Assembly: GCA_947626055.1 (NCBI GenBank)
Contig: CANQQP010000002.1
Span: forward strand, 1-56,620
DNA: 56,620 nucleotides
Origin: an uncultured Bacilli bacterium
GTDB taxonomy: Bacteria; Bacillota_I; Bacilli_A; RF39; UBA660
Reading direction: 5' to 3'
Below, in pieces: positions 1 through 8,177 of the stretch. The notes beneath the pieces were generated by a model, which saw only the letters and a program-made list of their open reading frames with translations, searched no databases and had not been told where the DNA came from. The translations under genes and the position numbers were made by a program. The stretch's first letter is position 1. Every line of letters begins with the position of its first letter.

Positions 1-61
1 CCTAGAGATCTTGTGCATCCAGAAGAAGAGTAGCATATTTAAATTTTAATAGCAAAAGACA

Positions 62-105
62 AAAAAGGAATTTTTGCTTTTATTTTTATGTAAAAATTCC
101 TTTTT
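62..105. terminator. Perfect 14-bp inverted repeat, possible bidirectional terminator at the left edge
   Basis: AAAAAGGAATTTTT (62-75) and AAAAATTCCTTTTT (92-105) are exact reverse complements separated by a 16-nt loop, with A/T runs on both sides. The stem is AT-rich, so stability is modest. Confidence 0.35.
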
Positions 106-162
106 GTTTAAGCAATTTTTTAATTTTTGAATTAAATTAGGCTTCAAATTGGAAATTTTCGC

Positions 163-190
163 AAAATTAAAACATCGAATGACGATGTTT
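163..190 (-). terminator. Rho-independent terminator of the ABC exporter gene
   Basis: On the minus strand, AAACATCG-TCATT-CGATGTTT forms an 8-bp stem (170-190) followed by TAATTTT. It begins 8 nt after the stop codon at 199-201. Confidence 0.55.
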
Positions 191-198
191 AATGATTT

Positions 199-1923
199 TT
201 ATTTTATTATATCTGGCTGATATAGTTCTTTATATTTTTCATTTTTCATTAATTTTTTATGAGTACCACTAGCAATGATTTTTCCTTTATCCATTAAAAG
301 GATTTCATCGGCATCAATAATTGTGGATAATCTATGGGCAATTATAATTATTGTATGATCTTTGACTAAATCATCAATTGTCTTTTTAATATATTCTTGA
401 CTTTTATTATCCAAAGATGATGTTGCTTCATCAAATAAAATAATTTTAGCATTCTTTAATAAAGCTCTAGCAATAGAAATTCTTTGTTTTTGACCACCAC
501 TTAAATTTACCCCGTTTTCCCCAATTATACTGTCATATCCATTAGGTAAATCCATTATATAATTATCAATATAAGCTTTTTTACAAGCACTTCTTACTTC
601 CTTTAAAGTAACATCTTCTTTTACCATTCTAAAATTATCCATAATACTCATATTAAATAAGAAAGTATCTTGTCTTATAACACTTATATTTTCTCTTAAT
701 GATTCTTCCGTTATTTCTTCTATTGGAACGCCATCAATAGTTATACTTCCTTTAGTTGTTGTAAAATATCTTAAAAGTAGATTAAACATTGAAGTCTTAC
801 CACTACCACTGCTACCAACTATCGCTGTTTTAATATAAGGTTTTATAGAGAATGATAAATTATGCAATGTTGCTCTTTCATCATTATCATAAGTAAAATC
901 AACATTTTTAAATTCGATTTGACCTTTTACATTATTTAATGTTTGATCACCAAATTTCTCGGCTTTATACAATTTATCATTTAATATTTCATCTACACGT
1001 TCTAAAGCAACTGCCAATTTTTGATAGTCGCCAATAAATTGTGTATAACTTTGCACAGCCCAATTAACACGTGATAAATAATTGTAAATTATAACGATCA
1101 CACTAATAGTTATAGCCCCTCTATAAAATAAGAATGCACCCGTAAATAAAGTAATAAACTCACAGATTGCATATACAAGCCACTCAAAAGTATAATGGGT
1201 AACAGAAAGCATGCCGGCATCATAAGATGATTTAAATACTTTAGTAAATTTATCACTAGTTAGATTAATTACCCTATTTTTAATTCCTAAAGCTTTTACT
1301 TCTCTTATACCTGTTAAAACTTGGGTAGTATCTTTCATTAAATCATCATTTTCGACTTTAACTTTTTTATTAGCATCTTTCATTCTAGGCGAAAAATATT
1401 TAGACATAAAGAAAGTAACAATACCAAAAGCTATTATTTCTAAACCTAAAATAACACTTATTTTTATAAATACTAATACAACAATTATAGCAGAGATAAA
1501 ACGACTGATTAAGAAAATAAAATTGGAAAATAAACTAACGATTCGATCTGTATCTCCATGAATACGATTATTTAATTCCCCTACACTATGTTCCTCAAAC
1601 GCTACAGCTGGATAATTAATAACCTTCTTATATATATCTATTTGAATATTTTTTAACATCGACATTTCCAATTTATATTGTAAATAACTACTTAAAGCAT
1701 CTATGCCTACATCAATTAAAAACAAAACTAATTGTAATAGCATAAATAAAATAGCTTCAAAAAACTTACCAGCCACTAGATTCTCTAAAATTAATCCCCA
1801 TATAGCAGCAAATAGTAAAGTTTCAATATTAGCAATTAACAATACAATTCCTAATAATGCTAACTTTCCTTTATCTTTAGAATAATATTTTTTTAAAGAT
1901 TTCAATGATTTTAAAGCTCTCAT
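199..1923 (-). CDS. ABC transporter, fused permease/ATP-binding protein (type I exporter, MsbA/LmrA-like)
   Basis: 574 aa. A multi-TM N-terminal half is followed by an NBD with Walker A GSSGSGKTS, signature LSGGQKQR, Walker B ILFDEATSSLD and H-loop IIAHRLS. SD GAGGAG lies upstream of the ATG. Confidence 0.9.
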   Translation of the reverse strand: MRALKSLKSLKKYYSKDKGKLALLGIVLLIANIETLLFAAIWGLILENLVAGKFFEAILFMLLQLVLFLIDVGIDALSSYLQYKLEMSMLKNIQIDIYKKVINYPAVAFEEHSVGELNNRIHGDTDRIVSLFSNFIFLISRFISAIIVVLVFIKISVILGLEIIAFGIVTFFMSKYFSPRMKDANKKVKVENDDLMKDTTQVLTGIREVKALGIKNRVINLTSDKFTKVFKSSYDAGMLSVTHYTFEWLVYAICEFITLFTGAFLFYRGAITISVIVIIYNYLSRVNWAVQSYTQFIGDYQKLAVALERVDEILNDKLYKAEKFGDQTLNNVKGQIEFKNVDFTYDNDERATLHNLSFSIKPYIKTAIVGSSGSGKTSMFNLLLRYFTTTKGSITIDGVPIEEITEESLRENISVIRQDTFLFNMSIMDNFRMVKEDVTLKEVRSACKKAYIDNYIMDLPNGYDSIIGENGVNLSGGQKQRISIARALLKNAKIILFDEATSSLDNKSQEYIKKTIDDLVKDHTIIIIAHRLSTIIDADEILLMDKGKIIASGTHKKLMKNEKYKELYQPDIIK

Positions 1924-1928
1924 AATTA

Positions 1929-2234
1929 CTACTCCTCAGAATTTTTTTCGGGAATTCTTATTATTATTTCTCCATTTTTCGAATATAAGTATTTTTCGCG
2001 GGCATATCTAGCAACATAATCAGGATCTTGTAACTTAGTTACTTCCGATTTTAATGCTGTTTCTTTTTCTAAAAGTTCATCATACTGTGCTTTTAACTGA
2101 CGTGCCTCTTTTTTATTTTCTAAAATAGTTGTCCAATTGTTAAAAAAACTTACTCCTAATCCAACAATTAAACCAATTAAAAGAACAGTCATAATTGTTA
2201 AACGACGCTTAGCTTTTCGAGAAACTTTCTTCAT
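1929..2234 (-). CDS. divIC: Septum formation initiator (DivIC/FtsB family)
   Basis: 101 aa with a basic N-terminus, a single TM (LTIMTVLLIGLIVGLGVSF) and a coiled-coil region. It follows yabP-yabQ, as divIC does in B. subtilis. Confidence 0.75.
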   Translation of the reverse strand: MKKVSRKAKRRLTIMTVLLIGLIVGLGVSFFNNWTTILENKKEARQLKAQYDELLEKETALKSEVTKLQDPDYVARYAREKYLYSKNGEIIIRIPEKNSEE

Positions 2235-2263
2235 ATTTATTACCCACTTTATATTTGAATAAA

Positions 2264-2584
2264 TTATAACACCTTTTTTTCATGTTTTATATAGCTTTTC
2301 AAATATTTGACACTTTTTTTAACATATTTTTCTAGCCAGGTTGCAAATAAATATCCTAATAAAACCATAATTAAAAAGTAAATATGAAAAACACCTCGAT
2401 TAATTTTATAAAGTACTAAAATATAAAATAAAACTATATTTATAATATATAAAAAGGTTATTATGTATTGAAAAAACATTCTTTTATTAGTTATTAATTT
2501 TTTATTAAAATAATTAGTTATAAAGAAAAATATTCCAAAAAGAAAGGAAAATAAAAAAGAAAGAAGTTGTATCTTATAATCCAT
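2264..2584 (-). CDS. yabQ: Spore cortex biosynthesis protein YabQ
   Basis: 106-aa polytopic membrane protein. Its start overlaps the yabP stop (TAATG), and the yabP-yabQ-divIC order is conserved. Confidence 0.7.
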   Translation of the reverse strand: MDYKIQLLSFLFSFLFGIFFFITNYFNKKLITNKRMFFQYIITFLYIINIVLFYILVLYKINRGVFHIYFLIMVLLGYLFATWLEKYVKKSVKYLKSYIKHEKKVL

Positions 2585-2874
2585 TATTTAAACAACTTAG
2601 CTAAAAAGCTATCTTCCTTTGATTTTTTATTATCATCCATATATGTAAAACTATCTATTTTTCCTTTAATTGAAACATTACCATCATGGGTATCTAATTT
2701 GACAATTTCTAAGTCACTACCCTTTAACAAGATCATTCCCATAACACTTTCCATTAGAAATTCTTCATTATCAAAAGAATTAATTTTTTTTATGCCGGTA
2801 AGCATAATTTGTTTACGTTCGCTGATTTGTAATTGATGGGACACTGTTGAAATACTTTCTATAACTTTATCCAT
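2584..2874 (-). CDS. yabP: Sporulation protein YabP
   Basis: 96 aa with a YabP-like core (ILLKGSDLEIVKLDTHDGNVSIKGKIDSFTY). SD GGAGGA lies upstream, and the synteny with yabQ/divIC fits. Confidence 0.8.
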   Translation of the reverse strand: MDKVIESISTVSHQLQISERKQIMLTGIKKINSFDNEEFLMESVMGMILLKGSDLEIVKLDTHDGNVSIKGKIDSFTYMDDNKKSKEDSFLAKLFK

Positions 2875-2921
2875 ATATTTTCCTCCTAGAAAAATATATG
2901 CTACTTTTTTTTAGTTAGAAC

Positions 2922-3842
2922 TTATAATGTTAAATTTCCTTTTTTGGTTCTAATATACTCTTCTAAATCATCTATGTAAGGCATACCAGCTTGGGCGGAC
3001 TGGACAGTAACCTTCATAGCCGCAGCATATAGAGCTTTTTCCAAAGCTTCTTGTAAAGGCATACCGGAAGCTAAAAAGGCACATAAATTACCATTTAAGG
3101 TGTCACCTGCTCCAGTTGTATCCACTACTTTTGTCTCTACCGCCGGAATCCTTATTATTTCTTGACCATTGTAATACATTAATCCTTCTGATCCTAAAGT
3201 TACAATTAATTTATTAGGATATTTTAAAACACAAGATTCCACATCATCAGTGCCAAAAATAGTTTGACACTCGGTTTTATTACAAGTTATTAAATTGATT
3301 TTATCAATTAATTCGAAATTTTTTAAATCACTTATAGCTAACTTCTCGGGACGACAAGGAGTCAATACTAGAAATTTTTGATTAGCATGGCAAAATTGGA
3401 TTAAAGCTTCGGTTACTTCTTTAGGTACTTTTAGTTGGCTTACAATAATTTTGGAATTAAGCAGAACATCTTGATATTTATTTATCATATCTGGTGTAAA
3501 ACTATTTATAGCTCCTACATAACGTTTAATATCATAATCTTTAGTGTGCTCATTAACATAAATATTAGAATAATCATTACTTAAATTATCTATCATTTCC
3601 ACATTGGAAGTATCGACACCATAAGTTATTAAATTTTCTAAAATATTTTTCCCAATAGTATCTTTGCCAATGCGCGTGATTATGGTTGTTTTGGCTCCGG
3701 CCTTAGCAGCAGCAACGGCTTGATTTGAACCTTTTCCTCCTGGCGAAATAATATCTGGTATTTCATTATAACTGCCATCTTTATTTTGAAAAAAAGTTTG
3801 ATCTAAAGCACATCCGCCGAAAACACAAATATCGTATTTCAT
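2922..3842 (-). CDS. PfkB-family carbohydrate kinase (ribokinase-like)
   Basis: Carries PfkB signatures GGKGSNQAVAAAKAG and DTTGAGDTLNG. The ORF-track start at 3851 is a GTG inside the SD (AAAGGTGA), so the ATG at 3842 is preferred. Confidence 0.8.
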   Translation of the reverse strand: MKYDICVFGGCALDQTFFQNKDGSYNEIPDIISPGGKGSNQAVAAAKAGAKTTIITRIGKDTIGKNILENLITYGVDTSNVEMIDNLSNDYSNIYVNEHTKDYDIKRYVGAINSFTPDMINKYQDVLLNSKIIVSQLKVPKEVTEALIQFCHANQKFLVLTPCRPEKLAISDLKNFELIDKINLITCNKTECQTIFGTDDVESCVLKYPNKLIVTLGSEGLMYYNGQEIIRIPAVETKVVDTTGAGDTLNGNLCAFLASGMPLQEALEKALYAAAMKVTVQSAQAGMPYIDDLEEYIRTKKGNLTL

Positions 3843-3858
3843 CTTTATCACCTTTCAT

Positions 3859-3893
3859 ATTAAAAAACAGAAGTTTTTAATTATTCTTCTGTT
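3859..3893 (-). terminator. Rho-independent terminator after spoVG
   Basis: On the minus strand, AACAGAAG (3886-3893, overlapping the last spoVG codons), a 12-nt loop and CTTCTGTT (3866-3873) are followed by TTTTTTAA. Confidence 0.55.
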
Positions 3894-4147
3894 TCTGGTT
3901 TATTATATTCTTCTAGAATTGCATCTTCGAATAGTTTGCGTACATCATGATTGATTGGATGAGCTATATCCTTATATTCACCAGTAGCAGTTTTTCTACT
4001 AGGCATAGCTATAAATAGATGATCATCTTTTTCTATAATTCTTATATCATGAATAGCAAAAGAATTATCTATTACAACTGTGGCAATACCTTTCATTCGT
4101 GAATTTTCTTTCTCAGTCTTATGTACTCTTACTGATGTAATTTGCAT
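3881..4147 (-). CDS. spoVG: Septation/sporulation regulator SpoVG
   Basis: 88 aa. MQITSVRVHK...GIATVVIDNSFAIHDIRIIE...FIAMPSRKT..GEYKDIAHPIN is the conserved SpoVG core. SD AAGGAGAG lies upstream. Confidence 0.95.
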   Translation of the reverse strand: MQITSVRVHKTEKENSRMKGIATVVIDNSFAIHDIRIIEKDDHLFIAMPSRKTATGEYKDIAHPINHDVRKLFEDAILEEYNKPETEE

Positions 4148-4237
4148 AACAACTCTCCTTCTAAAGTATCTTTCAACTTAATATTAGTGTAAAGCATATT
4201 TGTAACAAAATCAATAGAAATTGTTAAATTTTAACAA

Positions 4238-4450
4238 TTATAAATATTCAATTTTTATTTCTTTAGTAGCAATATCTGCATAAGAAAAACTTTTATTTTC
4301 GCCATCAGTTAAAATGGTAAATATATTCGGATATATTCCGGAGATTATACCTACATAATGATTTGTTTTATTTCGCATTCCATAAACAGTTACCGCGACA
4401 GCTTGATTTAAGTTACTTTTAATCTCCGCTTTTATGTTATCTAGATTCAA
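4238..4450 (-). CDS. veg: Veg protein (biofilm formation stimulator)
   Basis: 70 aa with Veg-like motifs (IK..L...V.V..GMRNK....G.I...YPNIFTI....NKSFSYADI). The start is a TTG preceded by AGGGGGA. It follows yabG as in B. subtilis. Confidence 0.85.
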   Translation of the reverse strand: MNLDNIKAEIKSNLNQAVAVTVYGMRNKTNHYVGIISGIYPNIFTILTDGENKSFSYADIATKEIKIEYL

Positions 4451-4459
4451 AAAATCCCC

Positions 4460-5236
4460 CTATCTAGGATAACCCACGTACATTAAACCATTACATTTTA
4501 AACCTCCCATGCCATCTTTGCCATATTTGGTTTTTGATAATAATTCAACTAAATCTATTTCTTTATTTCTTTCTGTTAATGCTAAGGATACAGCGATGAT
4601 AGCTGGGTCTAAAGCATGAATATTCACTCTTTTAGGACTAGACGCAAAATTGGCCCCTGCTTTAATTAATTCTTCATAATTACTTTGACATGCTCCGGCG
4701 ATAATCACTAATTTTTCATGACTTTTTTCATATTTGCGGGCTACATTGATGGCATTCACAAAATTGGCACTATTTTTATAATTATTAATATCGTGGATAT
4801 CTCCTTTTTTTCTATAATATGCATCATGCCCACTTATTATGACTATATCCGGATTAATACTTGTTAATAAAGCTGGTAACTCTTTTGCTATGTCTTTTTC
4901 GGGAATACTTTTTCCCACTGCTAAAACACCAGCTTCTTTATAAAACTTTAAACATCGTTCTAAATACTCTGGATCGCCATCAACGTGCACAATCTTTGGG
5001 GGCAGGTAAAAAAAATCATTACGATCCATTAAAAATTCATCTTTAAATTTTTCCACAAAGTCATCATTTTCTTTTGGTTTATTAACTTTTATTAAATCAT
5101 CCTCTTTACTGTCAGCATAAAGACGAACATCTACACCCTTTAAATAGCAAATATTATTTTGAATATTTAACACTAAAAATACGGTATCATTATCATACGA
5201 TTTTCTTGTTACATAATCGCCCTTTTTTATTTCCAT
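4460..5236 (-). CDS. yabG: Sporulation-specific protease YabG
   Basis: 258 aa. It aligns by eye with B. subtilis YabG over its full length (ISGHDAYYRKKG...VIIAGACQSNYEELIKAGANFASSPKRVNIHALDP). Confidence 0.93.
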   Translation of the reverse strand: MEIKKGDYVTRKSYDNDTVFLVLNIQNNICYLKGVDVRLYADSKEDDLIKVNKPKENDDFVEKFKDEFLMDRNDFFYLPPKIVHVDGDPEYLERCLKFYKEAGVLAVGKSIPEKDIAKELPALLTSINPDIVIISGHDAYYRKKGDIHDINNYKNSANFVNAINVARKYEKSHEKLVIIAGACQSNYEELIKAGANFASSPKRVNIHALDPAIIAVSLALTERNKEIDLVELLSKTKYGKDGMGGLKCNGLMYVGYPR

Positions 5237-5338
5237 ATATTTCTCACCATAATATTATATGTGTAGTATTTTTATCTGCTAAAAATCATTTTAATAAATC
5301 AAACCTATCGATATTTTAAACCAGATTTTGAGAAAATT

Positions 5339-5360
5339 AAAAAAACTTTGTTTTCCAAAG
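5339..5360 (-). terminator. Weak candidate terminator downstream of the glycan island
   Basis: On the minus strand, CTTTG-GAAAA-CAAAG is followed by a T7 run. The stem is only 5 bp. Confidence 0.3.
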
Positions 5361-5411
5361 ATAAAAACAAATTAGTTTATTAAAAATATCTAGTATTACA
5401 ACTACTTCTTA

Positions 5412-5522
5412 CTAATAACTCTGCCTTCTGTTTAATATAACTAGATTTGTAACCCATTGTACTACATTGTTAGAACCTACAACAAGAATTTGCACAAGAA
5501 AAGCCACAACTGCACGTGTCAT
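5412..5522 (-). CDS. Candidate 36-aa hydrophobic small protein (below the ORF-track size cutoff)
   Basis: ATG at 5520-5522 through TAG at 5412-5414 translates to MTRAVVAFLVQILVVGSNNVVQWVTNLVILNRRQSY. The stretch is locally richer in G+C than the surrounding spacer. No Shine-Dalgarno is visible, so support is weak. Confidence 0.2.
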   Translation of the reverse strand: MTRAVVAFLVQILVVGSNNVVQWVTNLVILNRRQSY

Positions 5523-5548
5523 TTAAATAATTATTTAATTATGCTTAT

Positions 5549-6478
5549 TTAATCATTCTTATTAAAAATATCATTTGGCTTTAAAACAATGTTACTTTCA
5601 TATTCATTAATTATCAATGAACCATCTACTGTTCTAACAAGAGGTCTGCCATCAAAAACATCAATTATTTCTCCAGGGCAATACTTAGAAAAATCTAGCA
5701 TTTGATCAAAAGGAGCAACATTCCATATTAATACTTTTTCACCATTAACATAAGCAAATGCTCCTGGAAAAGGTTTAGTTACGGCTCTAACTAAATTATA
5801 TATTTCTTTTGTTTTTAATCTAAAATCAATTATTCCATCTTTAGCCTCCCTTTTTTTATACCATAAATTAAAATCTTTGGTTTCGGTTTTAATGATGATT
5901 TTATTATTTTTATAAGCTATAAGCAATTTTGTTAATAATTTTTTAGCACATAAAAGATTTTTAAATTGTAATGTACGAATTGTATCAAAATCATTTATTT
6001 CAAACATTAAATTATCAAAAACATTAGAACTATCTGCCATCTTATCATATTGAAATAAATTTATAATAAAGCGACTGTCGCCATTTATTAATGACCAATT
6101 CATAGGTGATCTACCACGTCCATATGGTAAATAGCCACAACTTCCATGAAACCCAAAAATTCCCCATTTAAAACTTTTTAAAATATATTCAGGAATAAGT
6201 CTTTGCCACCCCATTGAAATTCCTAATTCAAATTGATTACTTTTAAAAAAGGAGCGACTTTCATCATCTTGTAAAGTATAATCTTTTGCTTCGTAAATAT
6301 CTATATTATATTTTTGGGCTAAACTTTTTAAGCTCTTAAATCCTGATACGTCATTTTTTCTTAAAACTACCTCATCAATAGTAACAATTAAATTAATTTT
6401 TTCAAGATTATTTTCAATAAATTCAATAATTTCATATGTAGTGTCTTTTACTCCAAAAATAGTTATATTATATTTCAT
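5549..6478 (-). CDS. Formyltransferase-family protein (Fmt/ArnA-N-like, probable sugar N-formyltransferase)
   Basis: 309 aa. FGFHGSCGYLPYGRGRSPMNW aligns with ArnA FNLHGSLLPKYRGRAPLNW, and ADSS aligns with ADAG (the catalytic Asp). The catalytic Asn position is Gly here. SD AAGGAGA lies upstream. Confidence 0.7.
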   Translation of the reverse strand: MKYNITIFGVKDTTYEIIEFIENNLEKINLIVTIDEVVLRKNDVSGFKSLKSLAQKYNIDIYEAKDYTLQDDESRSFFKSNQFELGISMGWQRLIPEYILKSFKWGIFGFHGSCGYLPYGRGRSPMNWSLINGDSRFIINLFQYDKMADSSNVFDNLMFEINDFDTIRTLQFKNLLCAKKLLTKLLIAYKNNKIIIKTETKDFNLWYKKREAKDGIIDFRLKTKEIYNLVRAVTKPFPGAFAYVNGEKVLIWNVAPFDQMLDFSKYCPGEIIDVFDGRPLVRTVDGSLIINEYESNIVLKPNDIFNKND

Positions 6479-7208
6479 CTTTTATCTCCTTAAAATGCTT
6501 ACATTCGCTATCAAAAGTTTCTAATAATTCTTGACATTTTTCATGGTACAATGTTCGAAAATTATTTAAATTGTCATAGCCAGTTTCTGTCCAACTATAG
6601 GGATGAGTTAATATTTGGATTTTTTTATTTTTAAATAAAGTGTCTTTATCAGGAAATAATCCATAATTCCATTGATGTCTTGCATCAGACAAATATTTAA
6701 CCTCTGGTACTTGTGTTTCTATATCATCAACATAGGAAAAGAATTCATTTTGATAAGCATTTAATAATCCAGGTATCTTAATATTCTTACTTAAAACATT
6801 TGCCGTCGGACGATGAATGGAAAAAGTATCAACACAAAAGGAAAGTTTACAATTCATAATTTCTATTTCTTTTTCTATTGCCCTTTTAATTTCATCTACT
6901 TGTTCTAAACCATTTAGATGAAAATGAAGTCCCACTTCATGACCCATTTTCTTGATTTTCTCAATAGTTTCAAGATTCTTTTTAGATAATAGATTATATG
7001 AATTGTTGGAAACTTGAAAAAAATATATTGAATAAAAGTTATTTTCAGCTTCAAAACAGGCTAATTTGTAAGCACGTTCTACACTAAATTCAACGTCATG
7101 CCTCATTATTATATAATTATCTAGTTTTAATGCCTCATGAAAAGTAGCCTGTTTCCCACTTTCTTTAATAAGATTAATAATTTTTTGATATTGTTTATAA
7201 CTAAACAT
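6468..7208 (-). CDS. Polysaccharide deacetylase-fold protein (ArnD-like deformylase/deacetylase candidate)
   Basis: 246 aa. MRHDVEFS and GHEVGLHFH resemble the ArnD/CE4 motifs R-x-DVD and HEVGLH. Its 3' end overlaps the formyltransferase gene by 11 nt. Confidence 0.5.
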   Translation of the reverse strand: MFSYKQYQKIINLIKESGKQATFHEALKLDNYIIMRHDVEFSVERAYKLACFEAENNFYSIYFFQVSNNSYNLLSKKNLETIEKIKKMGHEVGLHFHLNGLEQVDEIKRAIEKEIEIMNCKLSFCVDTFSIHRPTANVLSKNIKIPGLLNAYQNEFFSYVDDIETQVPEVKYLSDARHQWNYGLFPDKDTLFKNKKIQILTHPYSWTETGYDNLNNFRTLYHEKCQELLETFDSECKHFKEIKDEI

Positions 7209-7257
7209 AATTTAACCCTTCTTTTCTAATACAATTTTACGTGTGTTAACTACTCTA

Positions 7258-7286
7258 ATATTAGAGTTGTTTTACTTATTTGTTTA
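7258..7286 (-). promoter_or_regulatory. Candidate internal promoter (TAAACA-N17-TAATAT) with a 16-bp perfect palindrome over the -10
   Basis: It lies in the 231-bp non-coding gap between the ABC ATPase gene and the deacetylase-like gene. The palindrome ACTCTAATATTAGAGT (7252-7267) covers the -10 hexamer, as an operator would. Confidence 0.3.
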
Positions 7287-7439
7287 CTCTTTTTTCATCA
7301 CTATCTTAGTGTATCAATTTATATTCCTCGCCGCAAGCAATTGACCTTTGTCCTGAATTTGATTCATTTCCTACGATTTTATTTTAGCATTATCACTTTT
7401 AATCGTTCACAACGAAAACCATTAATAAACATGCATTAA

Positions 7440-8177
7440 TTAACTCAGCTTCGTTAAACTTCTTGCATATTTACGATATTCATTTATTATATCGTGTGTG
7501 TTACCAATCTTTCTTATAGTTCCTTGATCTAACCATATCACCTTCTCACAAAGTTGTTCAATCATTGCTGTACTGTGTGAGACAATTAAAACCGTTCTTT
7601 TTTTATCATTAATTAACTCTAACATTTTATTATAACTTTTTTCCTGAAAATGAATGTCTCCTACTGATAAAACTTCATCAATTAATAAAATATCAGCATC
7701 TAAAATAGCCATTATAGAAAATGCTAATTTAGAATACATACCAGAAGAATATGTTTTAACAGGATTATAAATAAATTTACCTAGTTCCGAAAAATCAATA
7801 ATACTTTTTAATTTAGACTCAATTAATTTTTTTGAAAAACCTAATAACATTCCTGATAAAAAAATGTTTTCGTAACCAGATAATTCAGGGTCAAAGCCAG
7901 TTCCCAATGATAGTAAGTTAATAGTATTACCGTATAAATTTATTTTACCTTTATCAGGTTCAAAAATATTTGCAATTGTTTTTAATAAAGTAGATTTTCC
8001 ACTACCATTAGAACCAATTATACCTATAACCGTTCCTTTTTCTACATCAAAACTAACATTATGTAAAGCTGTAAATTTTTGCTTTTTGAATTTTTTTAAT
8101 ATACCTTTAGCTTCTTTTTCTTCTTTAATTGTATAATAATCTACTTCTATGTTTTTTACACTAATTGCTTTCATCAT
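7440..8177 (-). CDS. ABC-2 type polysaccharide/teichoic-acid exporter, ATP-binding subunit (Wzt/TagH-like, short form)
   Basis: 245 aa with Walker A GSNGSGKST, signature YSSGMYSKLAF, Walker B LLIDEVLSVGD and H-loop IVSHS. There is no C-terminal carbohydrate-binding extension. An ATGA overlap links it to the permease gene. Confidence 0.9.
   Translation of the reverse strand: MMKAISVKNIEVDYYTIKEEKEAKGILKKFKKQKFTALHNVSFDVEKGTVIGIIGSNGSGKSTLLKTIANIFEPDKGKINLYGNTINLLSLGTGFDPELSGYENIFLSGMLLGFSKKLIESKLKSIIDFSELGKFIYNPVKTYSSGMYSKLAFSIMAILDADILLIDEVLSVGDIHFQEKSYNKMLELINDKKRTVLIVSHSTAMIEQLCEKVIWLDQGTIRKIGNTHDIINEYRKYARSLTKLS

Noticed and set aside
1-36. Left-edge coding-like fragment: either the end of a plus-strand ORF (...PRDLVHPEEE*, stop at 31-33) or the start of a minus-strand ORF (ATG at 34-36, MLLFFWMHKISR...)
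   Set aside because: Only ~11 codons are visible, there is no SD for the minus-strand option, and the two readings cannot be distinguished.
322-330. Perfect DnaA box TGTGGATAA inside the ABC exporter gene, and a second box, TTATCCACA, at 24949-24957 inside ksgA
   Set aside because: These are isolated single 9-mers within coding sequence, not clustered and with no adjacent AT-rich unwinding element. Chance occurrence is plausible, and oriC should lie beyond the right edge of the window.
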